This document shows positions 8,248-16,467 of a stretch of 64,000 nucleotides of DNA, piece after piece. Each line of letters opens with the position of its first letter. Positions within the stretch are counted from its first letter, which is position 1. The notes beneath the pieces are model-generated. The model searched no databases and was not told the origin of the DNA. It worked only from the letters and a program-made list of their open reading frames with translations. The stretch lies in contig JARLHE010000055.1 of assembly GCA_031292385.1 (NCBI GenBank), positions 14,477 to 78,476 on the forward strand, in the 5' to 3' direction. The translations under genes were made by a program, and so were the position numbers. Source of the DNA: Oligoflexia bacterium. Its GTDB lineage: Bacteria; Bdellovibrionota; UBA1018.

Positions 8248-9483
8248 TCAGGCCTTTTTGCCTTTAATGATGTTTTTCTTCGCGAATCCCGGACGGGCGG
8301 TGTCCGCGGGGACGAAGTGCTTGGCCTTGGCGCCGACGGCAACAGGGTTGTCTGACCGGTCTTTGGGCAGCTCGAGCACCGTGACGTTGCCGAAGCCCTT
8401 TCCGTCGTCGGCTTCGGGTTTCCCGTCCGTGTCGATCAGCGGCAAAACCCGATGGGGCTGGCAAGGGTCGAAATCCTCGGGAAGCTCCTTGCGGCTGATG
8501 CGGTGGATCTTGCCGGCGCGCGTGTTTTCCTCGAAAGCTCGGAAGATTTTCGGGTCGAGCTTTTTGCCTTCGGTTTTTTGCATGATCGCCAGCGCGTCCA
8601 GCGGGGACAGGGGTTCGTGGTAGGAGCGCTTGGTGGTCACGGCGTCGAAAAAATCGGCGATCGCGGTGATGCGCGACAGGAAATGGATGTCCTCTCCCGC
8701 AAGGCCCTGCGGATAGCCCGTGCCGTTGAAGTTTTCGTGATGCTCGAAGATCACGCGGGCGAGCAGCTCGGTGTCGATCGATTGCGGCAGGTGGAGGCGG
8801 CATTCGCGCAGCAGTTCGTGGCCGTAGCCCGGGTGTCTTTTGATTTCCGAGAACTCCTGCTCGTCGAGCTTTTCGGTCTTGTTCAGGATCTGCGTGGAGA
8901 TCTTGATTTTGCCCAGATCGTGCAGGAGCCCGCTCATTCCCGCTAGCATGATCATCGGGCGGGGGGCGTCGGGGCGCATGAGCCGGAACAGCAGGATGCT
9001 GTACATGCAGACGTTGACGGAATGATCGAAGGTGTAAAAATCGTGAAACGAAAGGCTCGCGATCAGTTCCCTGAGCTTGTCGATATTGTAGTCCTCGAGA
9101 ACGTCGATCATGCCTTCGACGACGTCGCGGCATTCGGTCAGGGTTTTGCCCATGGTCTCGGGGGTTTGTTCGTGCCCGAAGAGGTTTTTGAGATGGTGAA
9201 TGGCCGAATCCTTCAGGATTTCCGTTTTCCGCTCGGGCGTCGCGCCGGTGGCCGAGACCAGTGACTTGAGAAATAGCGAACGTTGGGTTTCGACCACGTA
9301 AATGCGGTGATACTTCGTCTCAAAGTGCGCGAGATCGCCGGAGGCGATTATCTCTCCGCGGCGATGGATGCGGACAAACCTTTCGCGTCCCTCGATTGAC
9401 GAGGAGTTGATGTAGAGGTCGTACGGCAAGGCCACTTGGGTCGTGACCAGGCTGAACGAAATTGAGAAAAAGCTTGTCGACAT
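8248..9483 (-). CDS. HD-GYP domain c-di-GMP phosphodiesterase family protein
   Basis: Contains HSVNVCMY, LLHDLGKIKI, and HHENFNGTGYPQGL with the GYP motif. 411 aa. Confidence 0.85.
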   Translation of the reverse strand: MSTSFFSISFSLVTTQVALPYDLYINSSSIEGRERFVRIHRRGEIIASGDLAHFETKYHRIYVVETQRSLFLKSLVSATGATPERKTEILKDSAIHHLKNLFGHEQTPETMGKTLTECRDVVEGMIDVLEDYNIDKLRELIASLSFHDFYTFDHSVNVCMYSILLFRLMRPDAPRPMIMLAGMSGLLHDLGKIKISTQILNKTEKLDEQEFSEIKRHPGYGHELLRECRLHLPQSIDTELLARVIFEHHENFNGTGYPQGLAGEDIHFLSRITAIADFFDAVTTKRSYHEPLSPLDALAIMQKTEGKKLDPKIFRAFEENTRAGKIHRISRKELPEDFDPCQPHRVLPLIDTDGKPEADDGKGFGNVTVLELPKDRSDNPVAVGAKAKHFVPADTARPGFAKKNIIKGKKA

Positions 9484-9609
9484 TTTTCTGACGCCCCTTG
9501 TGCGCTCGCTCTTGCAAGGACCACCTGGCTTTTCGGAAAAGTCCGGGGAAAGTTAAAGTTTCCTGCGGAACTATAAAAAAGGACCGGACCGGTCGATAAA
9601 GAAAGTGCA

Positions 9610-11058
9610 ATGCGCTTTTTCGGTTTGCTTCCGCTCATTTTGGCCTGGTGGGGTCTCGTCTTCGCGGCGGACTCGCCGAAAATCGTTTATTTAACGGATG
9701 TTGAAGGGCATTGGTCCAGGGTCGAGGACTTCCTGCGCGACAATCCCGCCATCGAATCGGATGGCCATGGCGGCTGGCGCGTGCGGAACGGCTATGTTTT
9801 CGTTTACGGCGGCGACGCTGTCGATAAGGGCCCGAATCCTCGCCAGTTTCTTCATTTCATGAGCGATCTCAAGGCGAGCAGCCCCGATCGGATGTTCGAG
9901 ATCGCGGGAAACCGGGATGTCATCAAAGTGCTCGTTCAATCCGAGCTTTCCGAGCGGCTGCCCAAGGAGCCTTCCGAGCGCTACAAAAGATGGTTGGCCG
10001 AAAAAGGCCTGAAAGACACTCGTTCGGAGCGCTTGCGTTGGATGCTGGCCGAGATGATGGGGGCGCCGAAGCTTTACGAGAATTGGCGCACCGAGCTTGC
10101 CCAGGCAAGGGGAGTGGAACGGTCGGCGATCAGCGATGATGAGGTGACCCAGGATATTTATCATGATTTCGGCCCGAATGGGGCGATGGGCAGGTATCTG
10201 GCCTCGGCCGAACTGATTCATCGCGAGGGCGAAACGCTTTTCGTGCACGGCGCGGTGACCGATGAAAACCTGTTTTTGATCCCGGATGATCCTTCGAGCG
10301 CGACGGAGACGGCCCGAAGGGCGGGAAATCTCGATGAATGGATTTCGGAGTCGAATGCCTGGTACCGGGGACGCATCGAAGCCTGGAAAAACGGCGCTTC
10401 AAGCCCGGACGAGGAGGCCGGCGCGGCGAAATCCCTGGCTCGTTACAGCGGTCGGCAGCCCGGAACTTACGCGAATTCACAAAGCCTGATTTATGCGCGC
10501 TTCTCCGATGAAACGGGAGCTTCGACTCTTTCTCCGGACGTCGAGCGCGTGCTCGCTTCCGCGGGCATTCGGCGGGTGGTCGTGGGCCATACGCCTTCGG
10601 GTCATACGCCGACGATCCTGCGTGGAAACAAAGTCGAAGTCATCATCGCGGACAACTCAACGGAAGCGCACGGGGTTCTTCTCGCGCTCGAAGGCAACCG
10701 GGCCGAGGTTCGGTCGCAGGTCAATCTGGATTCGGGGCCGGTTCCGGTCAAATTCTCCTGGAAGCTTGATGATCCGCGGGAGCCGATCGGAAAGACGCTT
10801 TTCGCCGCCAGCGGGGAAGTGCTCGGGCTCGTCACCGCGCGGACCGAAAGCGGAGATTACATGATTTACCGAAATCTCAGGGACGGCGATGCTTGGTCGT
10901 TTCGCTCGAGCTACCGCCAGGTTCCCGAAGCGGCGGTGCGGGAGGGTACGCTTCGCGCTCCTTATAAGGCGGCCGCGGAAGATGCCACTTCCTGCGCGGC
11001 GCGAATCCAAGCGGCCTTGCAATCGTTGCTCAGCGGCCCAGCGCCCGCTCCGCAATGA
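9610..11058 (+). CDS. Secreted metallophosphoesterase (PPP/ApaH-like, degenerate motifs)
   Basis: Signal peptide MRFFGLLPLILAWWGLVFAA. Motifs LTDVEGHW, YGGDAVDKGPN, AGNRD and VVGHTPSGH resemble GDxHG / GDxVDRG / GNH(E/D) / GH of calcineurin-like phosphoesterases. Confidence 0.65.
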   Translation: MRFFGLLPLILAWWGLVFAADSPKIVYLTDVEGHWSRVEDFLRDNPAIESDGHGGWRVRNGYVFVYGGDAVDKGPNPRQFLHFMSDLKASSPDRMFEIAGNRDVIKVLVQSELSERLPKEPSERYKRWLAEKGLKDTRSERLRWMLAEMMGAPKLYENWRTELAQARGVERSAISDDEVTQDIYHDFGPNGAMGRYLASAELIHREGETLFVHGAVTDENLFLIPDDPSSATETARRAGNLDEWISESNAWYRGRIEAWKNGASSPDEEAGAAKSLARYSGRQPGTYANSQSLIYARFSDETGASTLSPDVERVLASAGIRRVVVGHTPSGHTPTILRGNKVEVIIADNSTEAHGVLLALEGNRAEVRSQVNLDSGPVPVKFSWKLDDPREPIGKTLFAASGEVLGLVTARTESGDYMIYRNLRDGDAWSFRSSYRQVPEAAVREGTLRAPYKAAAEDATSCAARIQAALQSLLSGPAPAPQ

Positions 11059-12553
11059 CGCCGATGCGGTGTACTTTGACCATATTGGTGGTGCCCCGGC
11101 GAAGGGTGGGGATGCCGGCGGTCACGACGACCAGATCTTCGACCTCGGCCCAGCCGCGGGTTTGCAGGACCTTTTCGACCATCGCGAAAAGATCGTCGGT
11201 GCCGACGATCTTCTGGATCAGCTCGCCTTGCACGCCCCAGACGAAGGCAAGCTTGCGGACGCTGGCTTCGTTGTCCATGATCGCGACGATGGGGGTGGCC
11301 GGGCGGTGCTTGGCCAGGGTGCGTGCCGCGGTTCCAGAGTGAGTGATGCAGGCGATCGCGACCGCGCCCACTTGGCGGGCGATTTGCGCGGCGCTGTGCT
11401 CGATCGCATCGACGACCGAGCCGGGCATGAGTTTCGTTTCGCGCCCGACGCTGAACGGGTCGGCATAGTGCGTGGCATGTTCGGCCCGGAATTTTCCGCC
11501 CTGGTTGGCGCGTTCGGCTTCCAGCACGATGCGGGCCATCGTTTGCACGGTCTCGATGGGGTAGAGGCCAGAGGCGGTTTCGCCCGAAAGCATCACGGCG
11601 TCGGTTCCGTCGAAAACGGCGTTCGCCACATCGCTCGCCTCGGCGCGGGTGGGCGTGGGCGTGTTGATCATGGATTCAAGCATTTGCGTGGCTGTGATGA
11701 CGGGAACGCCCAGCTCGTTGCACGAGTGGATGAGCTGCTTTTGCACGACGGGAACGCGCTCGGCGCCGATTTCGACCGCCATGTCCCCGCGGGCGACGAG
11801 CAGGCCGTCGCAGACTTCGATGATGGAATCCATGTATTCGACCGCTTCCTCGCGTTCGATCTTGGCGACGCAAAGCGGTCTTTCGTTGGTTTGTTTATGG
11901 ATGCGGCGGCGCAGGTCCTCGATGTCTTGAACCGTGCGCACGAACGACAAGGCGACCGCGTCGACGCCCATGGAGAGGCCGAACTTCAGGTCTTCCAGAT
12001 CCTTATCGGTGAGGCAGGGAATCGAAAGCGGCGTGCCCGGAAGATTCATGCCCTTATGGTCGGTGAGCTTGCCTCCCACTTCGACTTCCACCACCATCTC
12101 CGGCGGGGAGACCTGGCTGGCGCGGGTTTGGATCTTGCCGTCATCGAAAAGAATGCGCGCGCCCACCTTGGCGTCCGACGAGACGGCGAGCGCGATTTCA
12201 GCTGAAATGGGGATCGCGATTCTTCCATGGGTCGAGGTCCGGGGAGTCGTGCCTTCGGGGTAGAGGACGACGACGTCTCCGGCTTTGAGGTCGATGCCGC
12301 CCTTGGCGAGTTTTCCCGCTCGCAGCTTGGGTCCCTGCAAATCCTGCATGATCGCGACCGGTTTCTTCGCTTTGCGAGACGCTTCGCGGATGTTTTGAAT
12401 CAGGCCCCGGTGGAAGTCGTGGGTGCCGTGGCTGAAATTGAGCCGGGCAACGTCCATGCCGGCTTCGATGAGCTGGGCGATCCGCTCGGCGGACGAGCTT
12501 GACGGGCCTAGCGTACAGACGATTTTAACTTTTCTTCTGACGGAGGAGGGCAT
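11030..12553 (-). CDS. pyk: Pyruvate kinase
   Basis: Contains RKVKIVCTLGPSS, ARLNFSHG, MVARGDMAVE and TQMLESM. 507 aa including a C-terminal extension. The start may be a few codons downstream of the listed Met. Confidence 0.95.
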   Translation of the reverse strand: MPSSVRRKVKIVCTLGPSSSSAERIAQLIEAGMDVARLNFSHGTHDFHRGLIQNIREASRKAKKPVAIMQDLQGPKLRAGKLAKGGIDLKAGDVVVLYPEGTTPRTSTHGRIAIPISAEIALAVSSDAKVGARILFDDGKIQTRASQVSPPEMVVEVEVGGKLTDHKGMNLPGTPLSIPCLTDKDLEDLKFGLSMGVDAVALSFVRTVQDIEDLRRRIHKQTNERPLCVAKIEREEAVEYMDSIIEVCDGLLVARGDMAVEIGAERVPVVQKQLIHSCNELGVPVITATQMLESMINTPTPTRAEASDVANAVFDGTDAVMLSGETASGLYPIETVQTMARIVLEAERANQGGKFRAEHATHYADPFSVGRETKLMPGSVVDAIEHSAAQIARQVGAVAIACITHSGTAARTLAKHRPATPIVAIMDNEASVRKLAFVWGVQGELIQKIVGTDDLFAMVEKVLQTRGWAEVEDLVVVTAGIPTLRRGTTNMVKVHRIGVIAERALGR

Positions 12554-14264
12554 CGGAGCGTTTCATCTTTTCTATTTGGTCCTGATAATTCTCTGAAATC
12601 ATACGCTCTCGTTCTTTACTTTGGAACTCTAATTGCTGAATTCGCTGTTCGTAGCCGCGGGCCTGGTCTTCCATGTTTTGCTTGTTGCGTCGTTCGATGT
12701 CGCGCGTCGCGGTCCCGAATTGGGCTTTCATCTCGTTGATCTGGTCATCGTAGGCGGTTTTCTGCTCGGCCATCTGCTTTTGATGGTCGCGGATGAGCTC
12801 GTTTTCCCGCTGCGCGAAGCCGCGCTGGGCCATCTTCGAGTCGAATTCCGCCTTTTGGGTGACTTCGGAGATCCTTCTCTGCGCGTCGGCGCGAGTGTCC
12901 GAGAAGAGCTGATCATAGTCCTGGCGCTGCTTTTCAAGCGCATGGGCATGGTCCTTCGTCATGGTGGTGGCCTGTCGGTTGGAGTCGGCGGCGGCCCTGC
13001 GTTGGGTCAGCTCCCGATCCTGTTCCAGGTTGTTGACATGATCCATGAAGGAGGTGCGCTCCTGCTGGTTCTCGAGCTCATGCTGCGTGTGGAGATCGGT
13101 GATCCGCTTCTCTTTTTCGTATTGGATCTCGGCCAGCTTCCGGTTGTAGCTTTCGAGGGTTTCATCGTGCTTGGACTGCATACGGTCGATGTTGGCTTGA
13201 TGCCGCTTCTCGTATTCGGTCGTGAGATTCTTGCGCAAAGCATCGGCGTAGGCAGGGGAAACCTGGCTTCCGTCCGTCGAGGTGGTTTGCATTTTGATTT
13301 GGTTTTGCAAGCGGTCCGTCTGGGCCGAGTTTCTCGTCTCTTGATCGGCCATCCGTTGGCGATAGGCGTTGGCCTGGCTGTCCAGCGACTTTTGCATTTC
13401 CTCGTTCGAGTTTTTCGCCATGCGCTCGATCTGTTGTTCGTGATTTTTATTGGTCTCATCGCTCAGCTGCTTTTGCTGCGCGATGAGACGGTTGAAATTC
13501 TCGCGGGAGAGCTCGTCCGCCGAGTGAAGGGTATTATTGGATTGCCGGATGACGTTCGCGGTCTCGACATCCTTGTCATGCAAGGCTTGCCTTTCGTGAT
13601 CGCGGTTGAGCCGGTTATCGCTTTCGTTGTCCCGCTTGAGCTTGGCGAGCTGGTCTTCGTACGAGGTTTGAAGGAGCGTTTGCTTGGCCCGACTGTCGGC
13701 TTCCGTTTCCCGGCGGACATCCTGGGTGGCTTGGCCTTTTTCTTTTTGATAGGTCTTTTCCGCAGCCAGCAGGTCTTTGATATCCGAGCGCAGCTCCCGG
13801 GTCTCGTTTTCGCGGCTGCTTCTTTCGGCCGCGATGGCGGCGGCGGCTTTTCGGCCTGAATCGTCTTTGCGGGGTTCGAACTTCTGTTTTTCGAGGCGAT
13901 GCTCGTAATTCTGCTGCAGGTCATGCATGGCCTGATCGGAATTTTTTTGGGCCTCGGCGACTTCCGCGGCCGCCTTTCCAAAGCGATCGTAGGTGCGGGC
14001 TTTCTCCCGTTCGACTTCGGTGCGCGCGTTTTCCCGTTCGCGCCGGGTTTCGTCGCTGAAATTTTGACGGATCTCGTTCGCGGCCTCGTTCGACTTGCGC
14101 TCCTGTTCATTCAAGCCGCGCCGGTAACCGGCGGCTTGCGATTCGGATTGCTCGTTGAGGCGCTCCCGGGCGCGCTTGTTTTCGGCGCGCATCTCGTCCT
14201 CGAGATCGTTGACTTTCCGCTGGTAGTACTGGTAGCCCCCGTCCGTGGAGGAGATGTTCGACAT
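12525..14264 (-). CDS. Coiled-coil-rich protein (bacterial intermediate-filament-like / Ccrp-like), cytoplasmic
   Basis: 579 aa with no signal peptide. Composition is extremely rich in E/Q/R/K/D/N with heptad-like character throughout. The opposite-strand 408-aa ORF is L/V/G-rich, as expected for an antisense shadow. Confidence 0.7.
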   Translation of the reverse strand: MSNISSTDGGYQYYQRKVNDLEDEMRAENKRARERLNEQSESQAAGYRRGLNEQERKSNEAANEIRQNFSDETRRERENARTEVEREKARTYDRFGKAAAEVAEAQKNSDQAMHDLQQNYEHRLEKQKFEPRKDDSGRKAAAAIAAERSSRENETRELRSDIKDLLAAEKTYQKEKGQATQDVRRETEADSRAKQTLLQTSYEDQLAKLKRDNESDNRLNRDHERQALHDKDVETANVIRQSNNTLHSADELSRENFNRLIAQQKQLSDETNKNHEQQIERMAKNSNEEMQKSLDSQANAYRQRMADQETRNSAQTDRLQNQIKMQTTSTDGSQVSPAYADALRKNLTTEYEKRHQANIDRMQSKHDETLESYNRKLAEIQYEKEKRITDLHTQHELENQQERTSFMDHVNNLEQDRELTQRRAAADSNRQATTMTKDHAHALEKQRQDYDQLFSDTRADAQRRISEVTQKAEFDSKMAQRGFAQRENELIRDHQKQMAEQKTAYDDQINEMKAQFGTATRDIERRNKQNMEDQARGYEQRIQQLEFQSKERERMISENYQDQIEKMKRSDALLRQKKS

Positions 14265-14384
14265 GGCGTTTAAGTTAAAGCAAGGCGCGTACCATTCTCC
14301 GGGCGTGATCTTCTATTGAGTTTATTGATATTTTTCGCGGCCAGGATCGATCGCTGGGAATTGTTTGCCGGCATCGCTCGGCAA

Positions 14385-15065
14385 TTATTCGCTGACCTCG
14401 TTCGAGGGAGCGGAACTCTGAGGGGCCGGTTGCGAATCGGTGGGAGGCGCGGGCGGCGGCGATCCGGAATTGTCGCTCGGGCTTTGCGGGGTATTCGCAT
14501 TCGGCGTCCCTTCCGGGTTCAGGCCGCTTTCCCGTAATTCCTTTTTCATTTTGTCTTCTTCGATCTTGGCGAGCTTCATTCGCATGTAGATGATCCGTCC
14601 GATGCGGTAGAGAAGGGTGTTTTCCTCGATCGAATCGGATTCCCGACGCTGCCAGCCCTCGAGCACGTCGATTTGGACCAGTTGCTCTTTTTGAACCGTC
14701 ACCTTGGCGCTGGGCTCGCCTTTGTAGAAAGATTTGCTGACGTTGATTTTGAAGCGATATTGCGCTTTCAAGAGGTAGTCCGCGCCCCCGAAAGAGTCGG
14801 TGAAGTTTCTCTGCTCGGTATTGTCGATCCATCTCGTCTGGATGTAGCCCGATTCGCGGTTGGTGATGTCGATGGGCTGGGAATGAAGCGACTCGAGAAC
14901 CCCTTGCCAGGCGGTGTTGACATCGGTCAGGTAAGTGCGGGTGTAGACCTGTTCCGGGTCTCCTCCCACCGATTGCCGAAAGGCGCTCGCGCAGCCGCTC
15001 CCGGCCAGTGTCAGGGTGAGCAGCGTGGCCATTAATGCCATTAACCGATGAAAACGAAGGCGCAT
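14385..15065 (-). CDS. Putative lipoprotein (function unknown) with Pro/Ser-rich tail
   Basis: The signal plus Cys MALMATLLTLTLAGSGCASAF is lipobox-like. 226 aa with a low-complexity C-terminus. Confidence 0.7.
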   Translation of the reverse strand: MRLRFHRLMALMATLLTLTLAGSGCASAFRQSVGGDPEQVYTRTYLTDVNTAWQGVLESLHSQPIDITNRESGYIQTRWIDNTEQRNFTDSFGGADYLLKAQYRFKINVSKSFYKGEPSAKVTVQKEQLVQIDVLEGWQRRESDSIEENTLLYRIGRIIYMRMKLAKIEEDKMKKELRESGLNPEGTPNANTPQSPSDNSGSPPPAPPTDSQPAPQSSAPSNEVSE

Positions 15066-15100
15066 CTTCTCTTCAGTTTGGCCCCGACCGGGCTACATAG

Positions 15101-15138
15101 CAAGAGGTGGGCAAGAGGTGGGCAAGGGGTGGGCAAGT
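15101..15138. repeat. 11-bp tandem repeat, about 3.5 copies (gcaagaggtgg gcaagaggtgg gcaaggggtgg gcaag)
   Basis: Read directly from the sequence. It sits in the divergent intergenic region, and its last unit ends 2 nt upstream of a TTGACC hexamer at 15141-15146. Confidence 0.9.
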
Positions 15139-15176
15139 CTTGACCCCGGCCGGAGTTTCATGATCAATGATCTGAC

Positions 15177-16178
15177 ATGTCTGACATGTCAGTTAACAAA
15201 GCGGTAATTGAAGAGGTTCGCAGGGTTCTCCAAAATGAAGGGCAGGCTATTTTGGACTGCCTGAAGCGTTTGGACGGGGAGCGGGAAAAGGCCATTGAGC
15301 GTTCGCTTGCTCTGATGGACGCCGCGCTGGCCCAAGGCGGGAAAATCGTCGTAACCGGAGTAGGCAAGTCCGGAAAGATTGCGCAAAAAATCGCGGCGAC
15401 TTTCTGCAGCACCGGAAGTCTTGCCGTCTACTTGCACCCAACCGAAGGTCTGCACGGCGATCTCGGCCTGATCAGCAAGAAAGACGTAATTTTGGCTCTC
15501 AGTTATACGGGCAATACGGAAGAGCTGATCCGTTTGATGCCTTCATTGATGGAGCTTAAGACACCGGTGATCGGCATTGGAGGCAATCCGAAATCCCGTC
15601 TCGCGGAGCAGTGCAAAGAATGGATCGATGCGAGCATCGCTCAAGAGGCTTGCCCGTTCAACCTGGCGCCCACGACCAGCACGACCCTGGCTTTGGCGCT
15701 CGGTGATGCTCTCGCGATCGGGCTGATGCACCTGAGGAAGTTCGATGCGCGGGCTTTCGCTGCCTTCCACCCGGGCGGATCGCTTGGCAACCGGCTGAAT
15801 CTTCGTGTTGCGGACATTATGCATTGCGGCGACGAGGTTGCCACCCTGCCGGAGACCGCCTCGATGGATGAAATCGTGGTCGCGACGACCCGTAAGAGGC
15901 TCGGAGCGGTTTTGATTGTATCGGGCCACACGCTGCTGGGAATCGTAACGGATGGGGATCTGAGACGCGCCTTGCAGCAGAAGGAGCGGTTTTTTCAACT
16001 TCGAGCCGCGGATGTCATGACGCGTACTCCTGTCACCGTACTTGAAGACGAACTCGCGAAGGCCGCGCTCGAACGAATGGAAAATCGACCCTATCAGATT
16101 AGCGTTCTTCCGGTCGTCGATGCGGCGGGAAATTGGAAAGGCCTGGTTCGAATTCATGATCTTATCCGATCGTTCTGA
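15177..16178 (+). CDS. kdsD: Arabinose-5-phosphate isomerase (KpsF/GutQ/KdsD family; SIS + tandem CBS domains)
   Basis: SIS motif GKIVVTGVGKSGKIAQKIAATFCSTG and a C-terminal CBS pair. 333 aa. Confidence 0.9.
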   Translation: MSDMSVNKAVIEEVRRVLQNEGQAILDCLKRLDGEREKAIERSLALMDAALAQGGKIVVTGVGKSGKIAQKIAATFCSTGSLAVYLHPTEGLHGDLGLISKKDVILALSYTGNTEELIRLMPSLMELKTPVIGIGGNPKSRLAEQCKEWIDASIAQEACPFNLAPTTSTTLALALGDALAIGLMHLRKFDARAFAAFHPGGSLGNRLNLRVADIMHCGDEVATLPETASMDEIVVATTRKRLGAVLIVSGHTLLGIVTDGDLRRALQQKERFFQLRAADVMTRTPVTVLEDELAKAALERMENRPYQISVLPVVDAAGNWKGLVRIHDLIRSF

Positions 16179-16446
16179 AGTCTGTCCTTCATGCGGTGGC
16201 GCGACCGCGATGCGGCCGAGTCGGCCTTTTCCGGTCGTGACTCAGCTTGTCTTCGGGTTGAGTTTTCTTGTTTTTCTTCTGATGGGGGATACTCTGAAGG
16301 CGAAGTCCAGAGCGTGGATTTGGGTTTGGGCCGCGGCGCAATTCATCCTTGGTATTTTCTTGGTGTGGAGGCGCATCCAGGCGAAAAGATTGATTTTGCG
16401 TTGCATTCGATGTGGGCAGGCCTTACCATCGAGCCAGCGCCGATAG
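16156..16446 (+). CDS. Small membrane protein with a split zinc-ribbon (CPSCG ... 2 TM helices ... CIRCG)
   Basis: The listed ORF starts at 16042 inside kdsD. The internal ATG at 16156 gives a 96-aa product that overlaps the kdsD end by 23 nt. It has two hydrophobic helices between two CxxC pairs. Confidence 0.45.
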   Translation: MILSDRSEVCPSCGGATAMRPSRPFPVVTQLVFGLSFLVFLLMGDTLKAKSRAWIWVWAAAQFILGIFLVWRRIQAKRLILRCIRCGQALPSSQRR

Positions 16447-16467
16447 TTTAATTGGAGGAAACCGCTC

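Noticed and set aside
11030-11058. Treating the 29-nt convergent overlap and the 29-nt pyk/coiled-coil overlap as a meaningful shared motif
   Set aside because: The equal lengths appear coincidental, the sequences are unrelated, and the pyk start is itself uncertain by a few codons.
10889-12205. 438-aa ORF on the plus strand
   Set aside because: It is antisense to pyruvate kinase. It is Gly/Asp/Ala/His-rich with no domain signature.
12633-13859. 408-aa ORF on the plus strand opposite the coiled-coil gene
   Set aside because: Its Leu/Val/Gly/Phe-rich composition is exactly what the reverse complement of an E/Q/K/R-rich coiled-coil gene gives. The minus-strand ORF is longer, spans the whole interval, and has a sensible start and stop context.
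15101-15138. Possibility that the short tandem repeat is a CRISPR array or minisatellite
   Set aside because: The units are contiguous 11-mers with no spacers and only 3.5 copies. No cas genes and no repeat-spacer architecture exist anywhere in the window.
16042-16155. Upstream part of the 134-aa ORF overlapping kdsD
   Set aside because: It sits out of frame inside the well-supported kdsD CBS domain region. Only the part from ATG 16156 onward looks like a real membrane/zinc-ribbon protein.
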